Virus record (IMG/VR): IMGVR_UViG_3300042815_000076
Location: 1-25,367 of that record
From: a virus
Lineage: Duplodnaviria > Caudoviricetes
Length of the DNA: 25,367 bases
Direction: 5' to 3' (one strand)
The position numbers and the translations under genes were made by a program. Each line of letters begins with the position of its first letter. The first letter of the stretch is position 1. Shown piece after piece: positions 24,627-25,367 of the stretch. Below the pieces are notes generated by a model. The model did not search any database and had not been told where the DNA came from. It saw nothing but the letters and a program-made list of their open reading frames with translations.

Positions 24627-25075
24627 GCTCTATTCCTAAACAATTCAAAGACGAGTACGCCGAAGTAGATTGAACAAGTAAGTACAATGGCTAAGCATGT
24701 GTACCAAAAAGCACTAATCATCTTCCTAGTACGTATCACTTTAGCACGAGCAGCTTCTCGCTTCTCTTCTTCTCTACGCTTTGCAGCTTTAACTTGAAAG
24801 AGTCTCCAGTCATCAAGCAAGCCAGCCCTACCGTGATAGTTCATTAACTGTTCAAGCTCAGCCTTCTGTACCTTGATTTGTTCTAATGCAGCAAACTCTT
24901 CTAAGTCTGTATTAACTGTAGAGCCTGACTTACTATTCAGTCTTTTCTGTAACGCAGCTTCGTTATCAAAATAGGAAAACAATGCTTGTCCTGCTGACAT
25001 AATGTCACCAGAGTGCTGCACTGTGTCTTTAATGACAGCGAATGCTGCGTTACAGGCCGCAAGTTCAAGCAGCAT
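24623..25075 (-). CDS. Hypothetical coiled-coil protein with C-terminal TM anchor (150 aa)
   Basis: Helical, charged body followed by AFWYTCLAIVLTCSIYFGVLVF. Coupled to both neighbours. Confidence 0.7.
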   Translation of the reverse strand: MLLELAACNAAFAVIKDTVQHSGDIMSAGQALFSYFDNEAALQKRLNSKSGSTVNTDLEEFAALEQIKVQKAELEQLMNYHGRAGLLDDWRLFQVKAAKRREEEKREAARAKVIRTRKMISAFWYTCLAIVLTCSIYFGVLVFELFRNRA

Positions 25076-25281
25076 TAACGAATCATCCGTTCACCAACAA
25101 AGGTGAGAATGCCCCCGAAGATGGATGCGATGGTCATACCCATCCAGAAACCGCCCTTGCTTTGATTAGCAAGCTGTAAGAGTTCTTTAATGTCAGCATC
25201 CATACTATCAACCTTCTTAGTGAGGTTGTCTACGGTGCTGATAAGTTTACCGTACTCGACGGGATCGATATTGTCCGACAT
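25075..25281 (-). CDS. Small coiled-coil plus C-terminal TM protein (XhlA/holin-like)
   Basis: RBS GGAG. Heptad pattern followed by KGGFWMGMTIASIFGGILTFV. Confidence 0.65.
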   Translation of the reverse strand: MSDNIDPVEYGKLISTVDNLTKKVDSMDADIKELLQLANQSKGGFWMGMTIASIFGGILTFVGERMIR

Positions 25282-25311
25282 TGGTTACTCCGATTATGTA
25301 TATTTTTAAAT

Positions 25312-25367
25312 TTACCAAGCCCAGATAAACACTGCGCCATCACCGCCACGACCACCGCCAGAAGCTG
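25312..25367 (-). CDS. C-terminal end of a glycine-rich (tail fibre-like) protein; truncated by the window
   Basis: Translated by hand: ...ASGGGRGGDGAVFIWAW-stop, the GG.GG.G.V.I ending typical of phage Gly-rich domains. Confidence 0.55.
   Translation of the reverse strand, partial: ASGGGRGGDGAVFIWAW

Larger units (their letters stand above)
1..25367. mobile_element. Bacteriophage genome segment (T7-like podovirus organisation, Gram-negative host)
   Basis: Densely packed, ATGA/TAATG-coupled phage genes. A replication arm (+) and a virion/lysis arm (-) converge on a terminator. No cellular housekeeping context and no integrase in the window. Confidence 0.95.

Noticed and set aside
1-25367. 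CRISPR array, tRNA genes, alternative genetic code, repeated T7-type RNAP promoters
   Set aside because: No spaced direct repeats or tRNA cloverleaf seen. Intergenic gaps are very short. Genes tile fully under the standard code, with TAA, TGA and TAG all used as stops.

Overview
The window is 25 kb from a tailed dsDNA phage with a T7-like podovirus layout. The spanin pair implies a Gram-negative host. No host genes, tRNAs or CRISPR arrays were seen. The left arm (+ strand, 1-13089) is a replication and nucleotide-metabolism block: the C-terminal end of a T7 gp4-like helicase, an HNH homing endonuclease, small ORFs, a family B DNA polymerase (not the family A enzyme expected), SSB, 5'-3' exonuclease, dATP/dGTP diphosphohydrolase-like protein, HNH nuclease, Rnl2-type RNA ligase, MazG-like protein, class Ia ribonucleotide reductase (nrdA/nrdB), PhoH, a PD-(D/E)XK protein and an Rmf-like peptide. 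It appears to use sigma70-type promoters. The right arm (- strand, 13148-25367) converges on a bidirectional terminator. It encodes a lysis cassette (three membrane proteins, Rz with embedded Rz1, M15 endolysin), a NUMOD3/Vsr-type homing endonuclease and probable internal virion (ejection) proteins of 665, 459 and 1788 aa. The main observations are: (i) a candidate ADP-ribosyltransferase module in the 1788-aa protein, bracketed by hydrophobic-x-x-GG motifs that also occur in the 665-aa protein; (ii) PolB inside a T7-type replisome whose helicase and SSB end in the same acidic -DVL tail; (iii) an unbroken run of 22 Asn-anchored 11-residue repeats; (iv) no CCWGG site found by eye; (v) a promoter nested in a perfect 14-bp inverted repeat upstream of the HNH gene; (vi) an EF-hand loop on a holin-like protein. 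All assignments come from reading motifs by eye. No database search was run.
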